A stretch of DNA of 35,493 nt from a virus. Location of the stretch: UHGV virus genome UHGV-0231292; one strand, 5' to 3'. A program made the position numbers and the translations under genes. Of the stretch, positions 1-8,123 are shown in pieces. The notes under the pieces are model-generated. The model had not been told where the DNA came from. It saw only the letters and a program-made list of their open reading frames with translations, and searched no databases. The stretch's first letter is position 1. Each line of letters opens with the position of its first letter.

Positions 1-22
1 AAAACCACCCGAAGGTGGTTTC
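1..22 (-). terminator. Hairpin (ACCACC-CGAA-GGTGGT) followed by T-run on minus strand; probable terminator of the host tRNA transcript
   Basis: Inverted repeat with flanking A/T runs read directly in sequence; lies just 3' of the tRNA-derived fragment on the same strand. Confidence 0.4.
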
Positions 23-64
23 ACGACACTGCTTATTGCTTTGATTTTATTCTTATCTTTCCCA

Positions 65-120
65 TGGTACCCGGAGCGGGACTTGAACCCGCACAGCGCG
101 AACGCCGAGGGATTTTAAAA
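65..120 (-). other. 3' fragment (anticodon loop to CCA end) of a tRNA-Leu(UAA)-like gene; probable prophage att core
   Basis: Minus strand reads TTTAAAATCCCTCGGCGTTCGCGCTGTGCGGGTTCAAGTCCCGCTCCGGGTACCA with T-stem GCGGG/CCCGC and T-loop TTCAAGT; the 5' half has no acceptor-stem complement, so it is not an intact tRNA. Identity to E. coli leuZ is from memory. Confidence 0.6.
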
Positions 121-225
121 ACTATCAACCACCATTTATAAATCATAACCTTATGATTTTATTAACTTTGAAAATGGCTCTATACAACGCCATTTAAATC
201 TATTGTCACTTTTTATCGCCACTTT

Positions 226-1227
226 TTACCCTCTATTGTCAAAAGGGTTCAATTCAACAGCAGCCTCTAAATGACCTGGAGCAAAATGCGCATAACGCAT
301 AGTCATTTTTATATCGCTATGCCCCAGTATTTTTTGCAACACAAGAATATTTCCGCCCCGCATCATAAAATGACTGGCAAACGTGTGACGTAGCACATGA
401 GTTAATTGCCCATCAGGAAGCTCGATCTTCGCTCTCTTAATTGCAGCGTCAAAAGCCTCATAACATGGTGAAAATAGCGCTCCTCGTTTTTGAGGAAGCA
501 TAGCCTGCAATTGAGGTGAAATCGGTACAGTGCGGTTCTTCTTTCCTTTAGTTTTAACAAATGTGATTCGACCGGGCAGTACTTGAGATTGCTTTAATCC
601 TTCAGCTTCACTCCACCGAGCACCAGTCGCAAGCCCAATACGGACAACAACCCCCAAATCTTTATTCCGTGACTCATCACACGCAATCAGAAGGCGTTCA
701 ATCTCATCTACATACAGAAACGCCAGTTCCTTTTCTTCCTCACGAAACTTGCGAATACCAGTCAGGGGGTTTTCACCAGACCACTCCCCAAGGCGCTTCA
801 GTTCGGCAAAAACAGCATGTAGATATGACTGCTCGCGATTAACGGTTGCTTCACTAAGTTTTTTCTTCCCCTTGGGATTCCATTCTCCTGATAGCCTTCT
901 TTCCCGATAAGTAGCAAACATATTTTTGTCAAACTGAGAAGCAAATGGATCCCCCAGCCTGGAACAAATCGCCTCAAGTTTGACTTTGCGCTCTGCACCA
1001 GAGGACAAGGTTTTACCGTACATCTCAAACCAACGAGCAATCAACTCAGAAAGACGAGGACCAGAACCATCTTGAAACTCGTCTCCAACTCTACTATTCA
1101 TTAAACGGCGCTCATAAGAGAGCGCCTCACTTTTTGTCGCAAACTGTTTACGAATGCGTTTTCCCGATGCCCCGTAGGGATAACATTCGCAAAGCCATTT
1201 ACCTGATGGAATCTTACGAACCGACAT
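226..1227 (-). CDS. int: Tyrosine recombinase / phage integrase
   Basis: 333 aa; C-terminal catalytic region HVLRHTFASHFMMRGGNILVLQKILGHSDIKMTMRYAHF (R..H-x-x-R..Y); adjacent to att core. Confidence 0.9.
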   Translation of the reverse strand: MSVRKIPSGKWLCECYPYGASGKRIRKQFATKSEALSYERRLMNSRVGDEFQDGSGPRLSELIARWFEMYGKTLSSGAERKVKLEAICSRLGDPFASQFDKNMFATYRERRLSGEWNPKGKKKLSEATVNREQSYLHAVFAELKRLGEWSGENPLTGIRKFREEEKELAFLYVDEIERLLIACDESRNKDLGVVVRIGLATGARWSEAEGLKQSQVLPGRITFVKTKGKKNRTVPISPQLQAMLPQKRGALFSPCYEAFDAAIKRAKIELPDGQLTHVLRHTFASHFMMRGGNILVLQKILGHSDIKMTMRYAHFAPGHLEAAVELNPFDNRG

Positions 1228-1232
1228 TTTAG

Positions 1233-1580
1233 TTACTTATCACATAAATCAAATGCAGCCTTAGTGACATCCCCCAGACTCTTTTTTAACCCTGGGGCGG
1301 CATCATTATCTAGCCAAAATGGATTATTGTTATCTAACGGTAACGCACCAAATGTTTTACCTTTTATTCGAGCTAAACCTGTAAGCGCATATAACTTATT
1401 ATCGTCAAAATTCATCACATAAGGATTACCATCAAGACACTGTAATTGAACCTCATCAGTATTAAATGGCCATACCCCATTGAAACTCTCACGTTCAATA
1501 GTTTTAAAAGGCATTGCGACGGCGGAAAAAGAAAACATAGATAAAAAAGTAACTAATAGTTGAACCTTTTTTACTTTCAT
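1233..1580 (-). CDS. Small secreted/periplasmic protein of unknown function (cargo)
   Basis: 115 aa; N-terminal signal-peptide-like segment MKVKKVQLLVTFLSMFSFSAVA; AT-rich codon usage; same strand as int and repressor. Confidence 0.5.
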   Translation of the reverse strand: MKVKKVQLLVTFLSMFSFSAVAMPFKTIERESFNGVWPFNTDEVQLQCLDGNPYVMNFDDNKLYALTGLARIKGKTFGALPLDNNNPFWLDNDAAPGLKKSLGDVTKAAFDLCDK

Positions 1581-1609
1581 ATCATTACCTCAATTTAGCT
1601 CAAGTAAGA

Positions 1610-2260
1610 TTACAAATTAAAAAACACCCTAGAAATGGCACCGCCTACCAAAACCCCTACGCAGATAAAGAATATTATTTCTTTTGGATAAAGTCGGATT
1701 AATTCTGAAGCACGAAGTCGAACTTCTGGTAAGGCCGAACTCTCTGTGTGACTTGATGCCGATTGTTGCTCTAACCACGACAATGCAGACTGTAACTGAG
1801 AACGAGTAAGATCGTTTAAACGTCCTGTACCGAAATTGATATGGCAATACCGCAGAAGTTTTTGTCGAAGTCCACAGTCTTCACTGTTACGTAGTAATAA
1901 ACTTACAAGAGTCTTACAGGCATCATGATCTTTACATCGCTCAAGCATTGCATGCAGAAAACTCTCCGCTGTTTTATATTGATTTACTGTCATATCATCA
2001 ATACCAGCTACACCAATCTCCGCATGTACTTTTTGCCAAATAATAAACGCTTCAGTATTGCTAGCTTCTGCAATAGCAGCAACCAAGCTATTTAGCTCCT
2101 TACGCTGAGCCTTAAGCAAAGGGCGATCGTCATCATCATTATTCGAAGGGATTGCGATATTGACGGTATGAGAACCATCATATCGCTCTATCTGAATATT
2201 CTTTTCGTGAAAATCACGCCCAGCAACGCGATTGTTTGAACCGTTTGAGTTGACGGCCAT
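1610..2260 (-). CDS. Hypothetical protein with C-terminal membrane anchor (cargo); N-terminus shares a 16-residue motif with the repressor C-terminus
   Basis: 216 aa; C-terminal hydrophobic helix EIIFFICVGVLVGGAISRVFF; N-terminal NSNGSNNRVAGRDFHE resembles repressor tail NISGGNNRIAGRDYNE. Confidence 0.5.
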   Translation of the reverse strand: MAVNSNGSNNRVAGRDFHEKNIQIERYDGSHTVNIAIPSNNDDDDRPLLKAQRKELNSLVAAIAEASNTEAFIIWQKVHAEIGVAGIDDMTVNQYKTAESFLHAMLERCKDHDACKTLVSLLLRNSEDCGLRQKLLRYCHINFGTGRLNDLTRSQLQSALSWLEQQSASSHTESSALPEVRLRASELIRLYPKEIIFFICVGVLVGGAISRVFFNL

Positions 2261-2275
2261 GTCACCTCCCTACTA

Positions 2276-2680
2276 TCACCTACCCTTAGTTTCGTTATAG
2301 TCACGACCAGCGATACGGTTATTACCACCAGAAATATTTAACTCACGTCCTGATGGCTGAGTTTCCTTTTCACTGATCGCACCTTTTAAAGCCCCGATCA
2401 CCGCGTTTTTCACATCTAACGAAGCTGCTCGAAAGCGAGTAATCAACTCCTGCTCATCATCGTTATAAGTTTCAGGTGAGTGAATTCCCAACACAACATA
2501 CTGAACATCAAGGCCAAAACGAGACAGCGCTGCCAAATACGCAGCATCAGGAAAGCTATCTCCTTTCTCATATCTAAGCTGAGTTAGCTTTTTGACTCCA
2601 CCAATGTCGCTCATGGCAACTTGACTAAGTCCCAATCTTTCCCTTTCCTCACGCAACCGCTGACCAATATCATTTTTCAT
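2276..2680 (-). CDS. XRE-family HTH immunity repressor (P2 C / 186 cI position)
   Basis: 134 aa; N-terminal HTH QRLREERERLGLSQVAMSDIGGVKKLTQLRYEKG; first gene of leftward operon, divergent from early operon. Confidence 0.75.
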   Translation of the reverse strand: MKNDIGQRLREERERLGLSQVAMSDIGGVKKLTQLRYEKGDSFPDAAYLAALSRFGLDVQYVVLGIHSPETYNDDEQELITRFRAASLDVKNAVIGALKGAISEKETQPSGRELNISGGNNRIAGRDYNETKGR

Positions 2681-2755
2681 ACAAAAACCTTGACAGGTAT
2701 CTTTTTTGATACCAAAATGATTTCACGAGCTATTAGATGATCACAATATACCACT
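2681..2755. promoter_or_regulatory. Lysis-lysogeny switch region with divergent promoters and candidate operator
   Basis: TTGACA, 17-nt spacer, CAAAAT on plus strand; the spacer holds the perfect palindrome GGTATC-TTTTTT-GATACC. Confidence 0.4.
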
Positions 2756-2962
2756 ATGAAACAAGTTCTTCACGATACCAGATCACGCATTCCGCGTAAC
2801 ACCGCCACAGGTCCAAGACTGGCACTTCGGCTGTCTCTCGAGGAGCGAGCCGTCATTGATGAAATGGCAGCTAAAGAACAACGCTCATCCTCTAACATGG
2901 CGCGCATGATCTTCCTTCGCGGCCTAGAGCTAACCCAGAAAGAACAAAACAAATCTTCCTGA
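2756..2962 (+). CDS. Ribbon-helix-helix-like small regulator (Cox/Apl position)
   Basis: 68 aa; RLALRLSLEERAVIDEMAAKEQRSSSNMARMIFLRG resembles an Arc/CopG strand-helix-helix fold; first rightward gene. Confidence 0.45.
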   Translation: MKQVLHDTRSRIPRNTATGPRLALRLSLEERAVIDEMAAKEQRSSSNMARMIFLRGLELTQKEQNKSS

Positions 2963-2978
2963 TCAGGAGGCTAGTGGG

Positions 2979-3182
2979 ATGTCAGGTATAACCATCAATA
3001 TCAATGTGAATGCCCCCTATGTATCCCTGCAGAAATATGCAGAGATAACAGGTATCCCTCTTAATACATGCAAAAAGATGTTGGCTGACGGTCGAATTAT
3101 TATCCGCCCCAAACGCGCCAAAATGGAAAAGCCTGAAGTAAACCTTGTGGCGATGTTAAAAGACGCTTTGGCTAACAGCTAA
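2979..3182 (+). CDS. Small HTH DNA-binding protein (excisionase/AlpA-like)
   Basis: 67 aa; YVSLQKYAEITGIPLNTCKKMLADGRI HTH-like segment; RBS GGAGG upstream. Confidence 0.45.
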   Translation: MSGITININVNAPYVSLQKYAEITGIPLNTCKKMLADGRIIIRPKRAKMEKPEVNLVAMLKDALANS

Positions 3183-3203
3183 AACAATGAACAGAGCATC
3201 ATC

Positions 3204-3554
3204 ATGAAAAAAAACACTAATAATCCATACTCCAAATTTCGTAATGGCGTAGAACGCCATGTACACCACGTCGCTACCAGTGCATCACGTAGTAACAGCC
3301 GCTATAACCTGAACGAGACGCACGCAACACCAGATGGGCACGCTGTAAAACAAATCGGCGAACACACCTGGCTGATTGAGAAAGCTGGAATCGTGGTTCA
3401 CAGATGCCCACACAATCCGTTTACCGGAAACCGCATTTTTGCATTAAGCAGCGGCGATAATCAGTTCGGGCAGGATTTCACATTGTACGAAGCACTACGC
3501 ACAGTCGATCGTCTGCTTCGCGGGCAAAGTTTTATTAAACAGGCTGCTTTATAA
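3204..3554 (+). CDS. Hypothetical early-operon protein
   Basis: 116 aa ORF, co-directional and tightly packed with early genes. Confidence 0.4.
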   Translation: MKKNTNNPYSKFRNGVERHVHHVATSASRSNSRYNLNETHATPDGHAVKQIGEHTWLIEKAGIVVHRCPHNPFTGNRIFALSSGDNQFGQDFTLYEALRTVDRLLRGQSFIKQAAL

Positions 3555-3564
3555 CAGGTGCTTT

Positions 3565-3843
3565 ATGACTAAAGACCATGCACAAGGTGTATTTATCCGC
3601 TTTATTGATTTTCGCGGTGAACTGTTATTACGCGCATCAGCTATTGACGGAGTAGTTCCATCTGAAAAAAACGCAGCTACCTACGTTTATCTGAACGGTA
3701 CACGCCTGACTGTAGAGCTTCCGTACCAGATCATTCGCGAAATAATTAGCGAAGCCGAAAAATCTCGTCAGGTTAATGGCGATGAACCCTATATCGAGAT
3801 TATCTGCATGGATTCAGAAGCTGAAATTCAGAAAGCAGATTAA
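3565..3843 (+). CDS. Hypothetical early-operon protein
   Basis: 92 aa ORF, tight spacing. Confidence 0.4.
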   Translation: MTKDHAQGVFIRFIDFRGELLLRASAIDGVVPSEKNAATYVYLNGTRLTVELPYQIIREIISEAEKSRQVNGDEPYIEIICMDSEAEIQKAD

Positions 3844-3854
3844 AGGGTGTTGCG

Positions 3855-4097
3855 ATGGATAAAGAATATAAAACTCTCATCAACAAAGCACTTGAGCGTT
3901 TTTATTTTCGTTTAAGCGCATCCGGCGCTCATTCAGAACGTGCAGCCCGTGACTCATTGACCAGGGCTATCCGGAGTCTGTATGACGTAGCTTTTTACGC
4001 TGACGATCTGGATGCACTTAATGAACTTTCTGAGCTTATCTGCGCCGCAGAATGCGGGGAGCATATTGAGCCGTACAAACTGGGAAATATCGCATGA
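3855..4097 (+). CDS. Hypothetical early-operon protein
   Basis: 80 aa ORF. Confidence 0.4.
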   Translation: MDKEYKTLINKALERFYFRLSASGAHSERAARDSLTRAIRSLYDVAFYADDLDALNELSELICAAECGEHIEPYKLGNIA

Positions 4098-4207
4098 GTA
4101 TATTTATATCCTGGATTGTTCTTATTATTTCGGTGGTTTGTGCAATTGGTATTATGCGAATTATTAATTCAGTAAAAAAGATTGAACGCTTTTTCACTGG
4201 CGAATAA
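4094..4207 (+). CDS. Small hydrophobic membrane peptide (37 aa)
   Basis: ATGA start/stop overlap with upstream gene; MSIFISWIVLIISVVCAIGIMRIINSVKKIERFFTGE is a single TM helix plus basic tail; below the ORF-track length cutoff. Confidence 0.3.
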   Translation: MSIFISWIVLIISVVCAIGIMRIINSVKKIERFFTGE

Positions 4208-4293
4208 CCGCATAAATAAAACCCCAGCTTAAATAAAAAAATGTGAACACAATCTGCATTCGCAGAGGTATTCACACACACCAAGGAGGCGTA

Positions 4294-4497
4294 ATGGCAA
4301 TTAAGCATTTTCCTGTCGTTCGTTTCACCTCCAGAGGACGTGAATACGAAGTCGACGAACGTCTGATTACCACAATCGACAAACACCGCTCAGAAAAGGA
4401 TGCACACCACATCTATCTCACTGACGGCACTTACTTTTGCGCCACTAATGTGGCGCGGGTGAATCTTATCCGACAGGTACAGGATCCACGCAAATGA
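4294..4497 (+). CDS. Hypothetical early-operon protein
   Basis: Start moved to the internal ATG (MAIKHF...) preceded by AAGGAGG; 67 aa. Confidence 0.4.
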   Translation: MAIKHFPVVRFTSRGREYEVDERLITTIDKHRSEKDAHHIYLTDGTYFCATNVARVNLIRQVQDPRK

Positions 4498-4712
4498 GTA
4501 GGAGAAGAATCACTCGCAGACATCACCGAACACACCTGAGTTCCTCAGCAACGCTAAAGGCACTTATTCAAAGCGAGATCGGTGATTTCTTCGCGGGAGT
4601 TGGCTCACCAGGCGAACCAGAAACACCAGAAGCGATGCAGCGTGAGCTCATGATACGCATAGATAACACTTTTGATTTCTTCTACAGCATGCACGGAATT
4701 AAACAGAAATGA
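4494..4712 (+). CDS. Hypothetical early-operon protein
   Basis: 72 aa ORF overlapping the previous stop. Confidence 0.4.
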   Translation: MSRRRITRRHHRTHLSSSATLKALIQSEIGDFFAGVGSPGEPETPEAMQRELMIRIDNTFDFFYSMHGIKQK

Positions 4713-4820
4713 ACCTCAAGCCAGCAATAACTACTCGTAGAACGTCAATTCCTGTAACCGACCGCTTCTGAGTTTTTTGGCAGGAAGCCTTCGCACATCT
4801 GTAGTAAAGAGAATTGCAGC

Positions 4821-5210
4821 ATGATTGACGCTCATGACTTCACAAGATGGGTGCGCACACAGGACCCCCGTCTGGCTCCCGTTCTTCAGGGATTATTTGA
4901 TCTCTACATCCGTGGTCGTGACAACAGAGCACGCACCACAAAACCGGAGAATGCAGACACCCTTTATTTCACAGTAGACGACTGCTACCGCGTGGACTTC
5001 ACACCACACGGGCTGGCGTTGCACTGCCTGACACCACACGGCGAATCACTGCTGGCGTATTACGACTCCCCGGCCTCCATATTTGCGGCAATGCTGGCGC
5101 ATCGCACTGCTGGCGGGTGTGCCTCGCTGAGTGAATACTCCGCTGAATTTAACCGCCTTTCCGCCCTCTTCTCACAGGAGTGGCAGCGCGTGACGGGATA
5201 CCAGCCATGA
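4821..5210 (+). CDS. Hypothetical early protein immediately upstream of A
   Basis: 129 aa ORF; its stop overlaps the A start (ATGA). Confidence 0.45.
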   Translation: MIDAHDFTRWVRTQDPRLAPVLQGLFDLYIRGRDNRARTTKPENADTLYFTVDDCYRVDFTPHGLALHCLTPHGESLLAYYDSPASIFAAMLAHRTAGGCASLSEYSAEFNRLSALFSQEWQRVTGYQP

Positions 5211-8047
5211 GTGCGTTTGCATGGAGCTGGAATGAACCACGGCCAGCCATTGATCCGGCCAGATTTACGGAGCGCAGGCAGGAAACTGAAACCGACCTGC
5301 AACGCGCCATCCGTTACTACCTTGAGGCAAACAAAAGGGCACAGGAAGAACAGGAAGCGAAGGAAGAAGCCTTTTTCGCACAATCCACCGTGGGTAAAAA
5401 ACTCATGGCATCCCTTGAGGAAGCCGGACAGCGTGAAAAGCTGGCACAAAGCATCATCAGCAAGCGTCAGGCAACAGAACAAGACCCGGTGGCCCGTGCT
5501 TTTGCCACACTGAAGGTGCTTCCCGTTTATCTGCGTGAACCTCTGAGCCGCCACCTCTCTTTTCTGCGCAAGAAGCAGGAAGCCGATCGTCAGAAAGGCA
5601 AAAAGAGCTGGCAGGCTGAACGCTACGCGCGCGGAACCCTGCGCAAAATATTCGAACGTCTGGACCGCACCGACAGCCGCTGGCTGACACCGGGCTATCG
5701 CTCCCTTGCCGGACGCGAACGCCTGGACGATTTGCTTTACCTGCCGCAGCTCAACAAACACCAGATACAGACGCTGGCCACCATGACGGCGGCGATGTTC
5801 AGTGGCACTTTTGAAAAACTCTGCGATGGCTTTGGCGCGACCGATGGCGAGCTGACCATGGATGTAACGCTGAAGGCGTATCAGATGCTGGCCCGCATGG
5901 CGTTACACCTGCACGCTATGCCTCCACATTATGACGCTCTGACAACAGACAAAGACCGGAGGAATGAACCGGACACGGAGCTGCTGCCGGGCGCAATCCT
6001 TCGCCTGACCTGTGCGGAATGGTGGAAACGCAAACTGTGGCTGTTACGTTGCGAGTGGAGAGAAGAACAACTCCGCGCCGCCTGTCTGGTTTCCAGAAAA
6101 ACATCACCCTATCTGAGCCAGGACGCGTTAAGCGAGTTTCGCGCACAGCGCGAGAAAACACGCGATTTCCTGAAAAGTTTCATGCTGGAAAACGAAGACG
6201 GGTTCACGATTGATCTCGAGACAGTGTATTACGCGGGAGTAAGTAACCCGATTCACCGTAAGGCAGAAATGATGGCCACCATGAAGGGGCTGGAACTTCT
6301 GGCCGAAGCCCGTGGCGACAGAGCGGTGTTTCTGACTGTCACCTGCCCGTCAAAATACCACGCCACAACAGAGAACGGTCATCCGAATCCCAAATGGAAC
6401 GGGGCCACCATGCGCGACTCCAGCGATTACCTGGTTAACACGTTTTTTGCGGCGGTCCGCAAGAAACTGAACCGCGACGGCCTGCGCTGGTATGGCATCC
6501 GCACGGTGGAGCCTCACCATGACGGCACCGTGCACTGGCATATGATGGTCTTTGCTCATCCGGAAGAAATCGACACCATTGTGTCCCACACCCGCGATAT
6601 TGCCATTCAGGAAGACCGCCACGAGCTGGGCAATGATATTACTCCGCGCTTTAAGGTGGAGTATGTCGACGGCTCAAAAGGCACGCCAACCAGCTACATC
6701 GCCACCTACATCGGAAAGAACCTGGACAGCCGCGCCGTGGATGGCATCGACCCGAAAACGGGCAAGCCACGCGTTGACCACGAAACCGGAAAATCAATGG
6801 CCGAGAGCGTGGAACGCGCCATCGGCTGGGCACGCCTTCACCGGGTCCGCCAGTTCCAGTTCTTTGGCATCCCCTCCCGTCAGGTATGGCGTGAACTCCG
6901 CCGCCTTGCCAGCCAGATGGCACGCAACCCGGAAGGCCCACAACGGCTGAAGGATGATGCAATGGATGCGGTACTCGCTGCCGCTGATGCCGGGTGTTTT
7001 GCCACCTACATTGAGAAACAGGGCGGCGTACTTGTTCCACGCAAAGACTACCTGATTCGCACCGCCTACGACCTCGCAGATGAGCTGAACGATTACGGCG
7101 AACAGAGCGTACAGATTTACGGGATCTGGTCACCACTCATCGGGGAATCCTCCCGTGTGTGCACGCACCCGGATAACTGGAAGCTAGTAAGACGTAAACC
7201 GGAAGCGGAAGACAGCACCCGCGAAAATGGTTTTGACCTTCAGGGCGGCCCTGCCGCCCCTTGGACTCGTGGCAATAACTGTCCCCGTGTACAGGAAACG
7301 GACAACAACGGGACAGAACAGCCGGAAGAAAGGCCAGCACCGTGGCCGCAGCTTCCTGACGGCGTTGACGTGAATGAATGGATGCGCTCACTGAAACGGC
7401 ACGAACGCCGGGCGCTGATGCGTTCGCTGCGTGACAAACAGGCAAAAAACAGCAGTGATGAAATGCAGAACTGGACACAGAGCCGCAAACAGCCACGGCC
7501 TTTGCCTGATAACCACGAGTTACTCGCTAAAGAATGGCGGGAGTCTGCTGAATCTCTCGGCCTGCATATCGGTGAACAGCAGATGCAGCACCTGTTACGG
7601 GGCGGCAGTCTGTACGTTGACGGCAGCATCATTGCACCGCAGGGATTTGAAATTGTACGCAAACCAGATACCCGCCCGGACAGCCGAATCACGCAACTCT
7701 GGCAGCGCCTGAGCCGTAATCACGGCGTAAGCAGCACGGAGATCCGCCATAACCCGGTCGCCAGCTATCTGGAACAGCTGGGGGCATCAGACCCCGAAGC
7801 CGCCGCACACCTGGCATCCACACTTCAGCAGGACCAGAACACCATGAAAACCCCCGTTACCGTGCTTTCTGACATGCTGCGCGCCATCCGTGACGCAGTG
7901 CACGCACAGAGAATCAGTGAAACCACTGAACGCGCCCACCGCAAAGCAGACCTGCTGCGGGGTAGCCTGACCAGTGGAAACAAAAAACAGACAGAAACGG
8001 GACTCACAAATCCCGTAAATGAGCAAAAAACGTGCCGCGATATATGA
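5207..8047 (+). CDS. A: Rolling-circle replication initiator (P2 gpA-like HUH endonuclease)
   Basis: HUH motif VHWHMMVF and paired tyrosines SYIATYIGKN (Y-x3-Y) as in phiX174/P2 A-type initiators; start set to the ATG at 5207 rather than the upstream GTG. Confidence 0.85.
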   Translation: MSAFAWSWNEPRPAIDPARFTERRQETETDLQRAIRYYLEANKRAQEEQEAKEEAFFAQSTVGKKLMASLEEAGQREKLAQSIISKRQATEQDPVARAFATLKVLPVYLREPLSRHLSFLRKKQEADRQKGKKSWQAERYARGTLRKIFERLDRTDSRWLTPGYRSLAGRERLDDLLYLPQLNKHQIQTLATMTAAMFSGTFEKLCDGFGATDGELTMDVTLKAYQMLARMALHLHAMPPHYDALTTDKDRRNEPDTELLPGAILRLTCAEWWKRKLWLLRCEWREEQLRAACLVSRKTSPYLSQDALSEFRAQREKTRDFLKSFMLENEDGFTIDLETVYYAGVSNPIHRKAEMMATMKGLELLAEARGDRAVFLTVTCPSKYHATTENGHPNPKWNGATMRDSSDYLVNTFFAAVRKKLNRDGLRWYGIRTVEPHHDGTVHWHMMVFAHPEEIDTIVSHTRDIAIQEDRHELGNDITPRFKVEYVDGSKGTPTSYIATYIGKNLDSRAVDGIDPKTGKPRVDHETGKSMAESVERAIGWARLHRVRQFQFFGIPSRQVWRELRRLASQMARNPEGPQRLKDDAMDAVLAAADAGCFATYIEKQGGVLVPRKDYLIRTAYDLADELNDYGEQSVQIYGIWSPLIGESSRVCTHPDNWKLVRRKPEAEDSTRENGFDLQGGPAAPWTRGNNCPRVQETDNNGTEQPEERPAPWPQLPDGVDVNEWMRSLKRHERRALMRSLRDKQAKNSSDEMQNWTQSRKQPRPLPDNHELLAKEWRESAESLGLHIGEQQMQHLLRGGSLYVDGSIIAPQGFEIVRKPDTRPDSRITQLWQRLSRNHGVSSTEIRHNPVASYLEQLGASDPEAAAHLASTLQQDQNTMKTPVTVLSDMLRAIRDAVHAQRISETTERAHRKADLLRGSLTSGNKKQTETGLTNPVNEQKTCRDI

Positions 8048-8072
8048 AGCGCGCACAAAACAGGCAAAAGCG

Positions 8073-8086
8073 GGATTTAAAAATCC
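8073..8086. promoter_or_regulatory. Palindrome GGATTT-AA-AAATCC upstream of the parM-like gene (candidate operator/centromere)
   Basis: Inverted repeat read directly in the 76-bp A to parM-like spacer. Confidence 0.3.
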
Positions 8087-8123
8087 TGTAACCGATTAAT
8101 TAATCAACACAAGGAAAAGCGAC

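Noticed and set aside
61-150. Possible intact tRNA-Leu gene on the minus strand
   Set aside because: Only the 3' ~56 nt match; the 5' half cannot form an acceptor stem or anticodon stem, so it is an att-core fragment.
5060-5761. 233-aa minus-strand ORF overlapping the start of A
   Set aside because: Antisense to the conserved N-terminus of gene A and the preceding gene; typical spurious ORF in GC-rich DNA.
6350-7692. Several 90-161-aa minus-strand ORFs and one plus-strand alternate-frame ORF within A
   Set aside because: All nested inside the A coding region with no independent signals.
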